DNA of 64,000 nt, taken from contig CAWHWX010000028.1 in NCBI GenBank assembly GCA_963833125.1, positions 64,001-128,000 on the forward strand, read 5' to 3'. Position 1 is the stretch's first letter, and each line of letters begins with the position of its first letter. The notes below the pieces were generated by a model that searched no databases, was not told where the DNA came from, and saw only the letters and a list, made by a program, of their open reading frames with translations. The position numbers and the translations under genes were made by a program. Below are positions 62,067 through 64,000 of the stretch, piece after piece. This stretch comes from Candidatus Bathyarchaeota archaeon. GTDB taxonomy: Archaea > Thermoproteota > Bathyarchaeia > 40CM-2-53-6.

Positions 62067-63168
62067 GTGATTGCAGTACGACCGAAATTGAGCAAGATCC
62101 GGGTCGGTCTTATCGGGCTGGGTATGATTTCCAAGAACCATTTAAGTGCTTACCAGAAGATAGGTGAAATCGCTGAGATTGTTGCCGTTGCCGACGTAAG
62201 AAAAGAATTGGTGCAGCGAACTGCAAAAGAAGTAGCTGCAGAGAGTTACTATGATTATCGGGAATTGCTTCAAGACGACAAGGTTGACGCTGTCGATATT
62301 ATGCTCCCACACAACCTGCATCTTCAGGCAGCAGTCGACGCTGCGGCGGCAGGGAAGGACATATTTATCGAGAAACCACTTGCCAGAACTGCAGCCGAAG
62401 CAACCAAAATCGTCGAAGCAACGGACCGTGCTGGCGTAAGACTGATGATCGGAAACAATCTGCTCTTTCATCCGGGTGTCCAAAAAGCACGTGAGCTAAT
62501 CGAAAAGAAATATCTGGGCAAAATTGTCCTCGAAAGCATGGTCATTAGGGTGGTTCCTTTACAATGTTGGTATATCCAAGTATCGAAAGTCTGTCGAGCA
62601 AACGGGGGGTGGTAGCCTAATTGACACGGGAACTCATTTCATCTATTTGCTGCGAAACCTTGTGGGTGACGTGGAATCTGTCGCTTGCTGCACAGGCAAC
62701 CTGCTAAATGATCTTCACAAGAGTGTCGACCACGTTGACTTCGTACCTGAAGGAGAAGATACAGCTGTTCTTATTTTCAGATTTAGGAACTCGGCGCTTG
62801 GAGAACTCACAGTGAGTTATTCCACTGCTGGTTAGAAGGATGGGAAATGTTTTGGCCTTATGGGTGGGATCAGCGACTTCAATTATACGGATCGGAAGAT
62901 ACCCTCTCACTAGATCTTCCAAACCTCACTCTCTCTGTCTCCTCTGAGAAGGACCTACAAGGTGATGTTAAGGGGAGGATTTCAATTCCCGTGGCGGGTG
63001 ACTATGGTGAAACCTTCGATGGTGAGATCAAACATTTCGTCGAAGGAAGTACTTCATAAAACGGATTTTATGAAAGGCGTTCGAGGGCAGGACGCAGTCG
63101 AAGATCTAAGAGTGATCGAAGCAGCCTACAAGTCTTCCAAACTTGGAAGCATGACACAAATCAACTGA
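62067..63168 (+). CDS. Gfo/Idh/MocA oxidoreductase (multiple frameshifts)
   Basis: VGLIGLGMI, PHNLH, IEKPLA, GGGSLIDTGTH, GEDTA, IEAAYKS. Confidence 0.85.
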
Positions 63169-63273
63169 ACTCAATTCATATTGATTAAGAGCATAATGTG
63201 AAACGTGCATCTTGAAGATGTCGTTGAAGCTTAAATTAAAGCAAGGGTCTCCGATCTCGAGGAAGCTTCGGAC

Positions 63274-64000
63274 TTGGGTCAATTCTTCGTGGGTCTAAAC
63301 AACACATGGGCTGTGAAGAGATTCGCTGAACCTGAGGTTTGGGCGGAAATTGCAGCGACAAAAATGGACGTCGATCTCATACAGTTTTCATTCGATCTAC
63401 TCGACCCAATGATTGGCGAAGACTGTCCTAAACGAAATGATACCAAGAACGCTAGATTCTTGCACGAAGTACGGAATAAAACTGCAAAGTTGTTTTACAG
63501 GCGTTATCGGATACACCAACAATCTTCTGTTACATCCCTCCTCGAAAATGAGAAAACACGCATTTGACTGGTACTCAAGCGCCGTCGGCATCAGCGGGAG
63601 GCTCCATGTGGAAACTGTAGGAGGCCATATGGGAGCGCTAACATTGAAGGATTTCAACGATACACGGCGGCGGGAGTCTCTGCTTTCGGAGCAAGTGGAG
63701 CATGTCACATCTTTGTCTCGATTATGTAAGGAGGCAGGATTGGAGACGCTATTATGGGAACACATGCCTGTATCCAGAGAACCACCATCGACAATTGATG
63801 AGGCACGAAACCTACTACAACGAGTCAACAGAAACTCATCTGTCCCTGTCAAGTTATGTATCGATGTGGGTCATGCGTGCAATCCGAATGTGAAGGACCC
63901 TCGTGACAGAGACCCGTACACGTGGCTAAGCGAATTAGGTTCAGAATCTCCGTGCGTTCATCTTCAACAGACAGACGGAAAGGGAGATAGACACTGGCCT
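63274..64000 (+). CDS. Xylose isomerase-like TIM-barrel protein, frameshifted and truncated by the window end
   Basis: GLNNTWAVKRFAEPEVW, IQFSFDLLDP, then NNLLLHP, WEHMP..EPP, CIDVGH, DPYTWL, HLQQTDG. Confidence 0.8.

Noticed and set aside
54972-64000. Dense frameshifts as introns or pseudogenisation of the catabolic cluster
   Set aside because: The junctions I checked are 1-2 nt indels with motifs intact on both sides. They cannot be told apart from low-coverage error.

Overview
Chromosomal DNA from a TACK-type archaeon. The marker set (cdvABC/ESCRT, rps26e, Alba, archaeal ThrRS, PolB2, PEF-CTERM proteins) suggests a Bathyarchaeia-like organism; that assignment is inference. The assembly carries many 1-2 nt indels that split otherwise normal genes, most likely long-read errors. 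In order, the window holds: a PolB2 C-terminus; a giant double-Lrp regulator; a B12 acyl-CoA mutase/MeaB/thiolase-DUF35/split-MetE-MetF/biotin carboxylase block; translation and lipid housekeeping genes; korAB; a six-gene cdv/ESCRT locus; argS; a small tRNA-Arg(CCG)-integrated element with a tyrosine integrase and PEF-CTERM surface proteins; and a sugar/amine catabolic cluster behind a tRNA 3'-end remnant. The top finding is a 17-nt insertion (8604-8620) in the B12-binding DxHxxG motif of the mutase small subunit. It folds into a textbook bulge-helix-bulge, and the predicted splice sites exactly restore the frame and motif. This makes it a candidate archaeal mRNA intron in a metabolic gene, outside the known cbf5 case.
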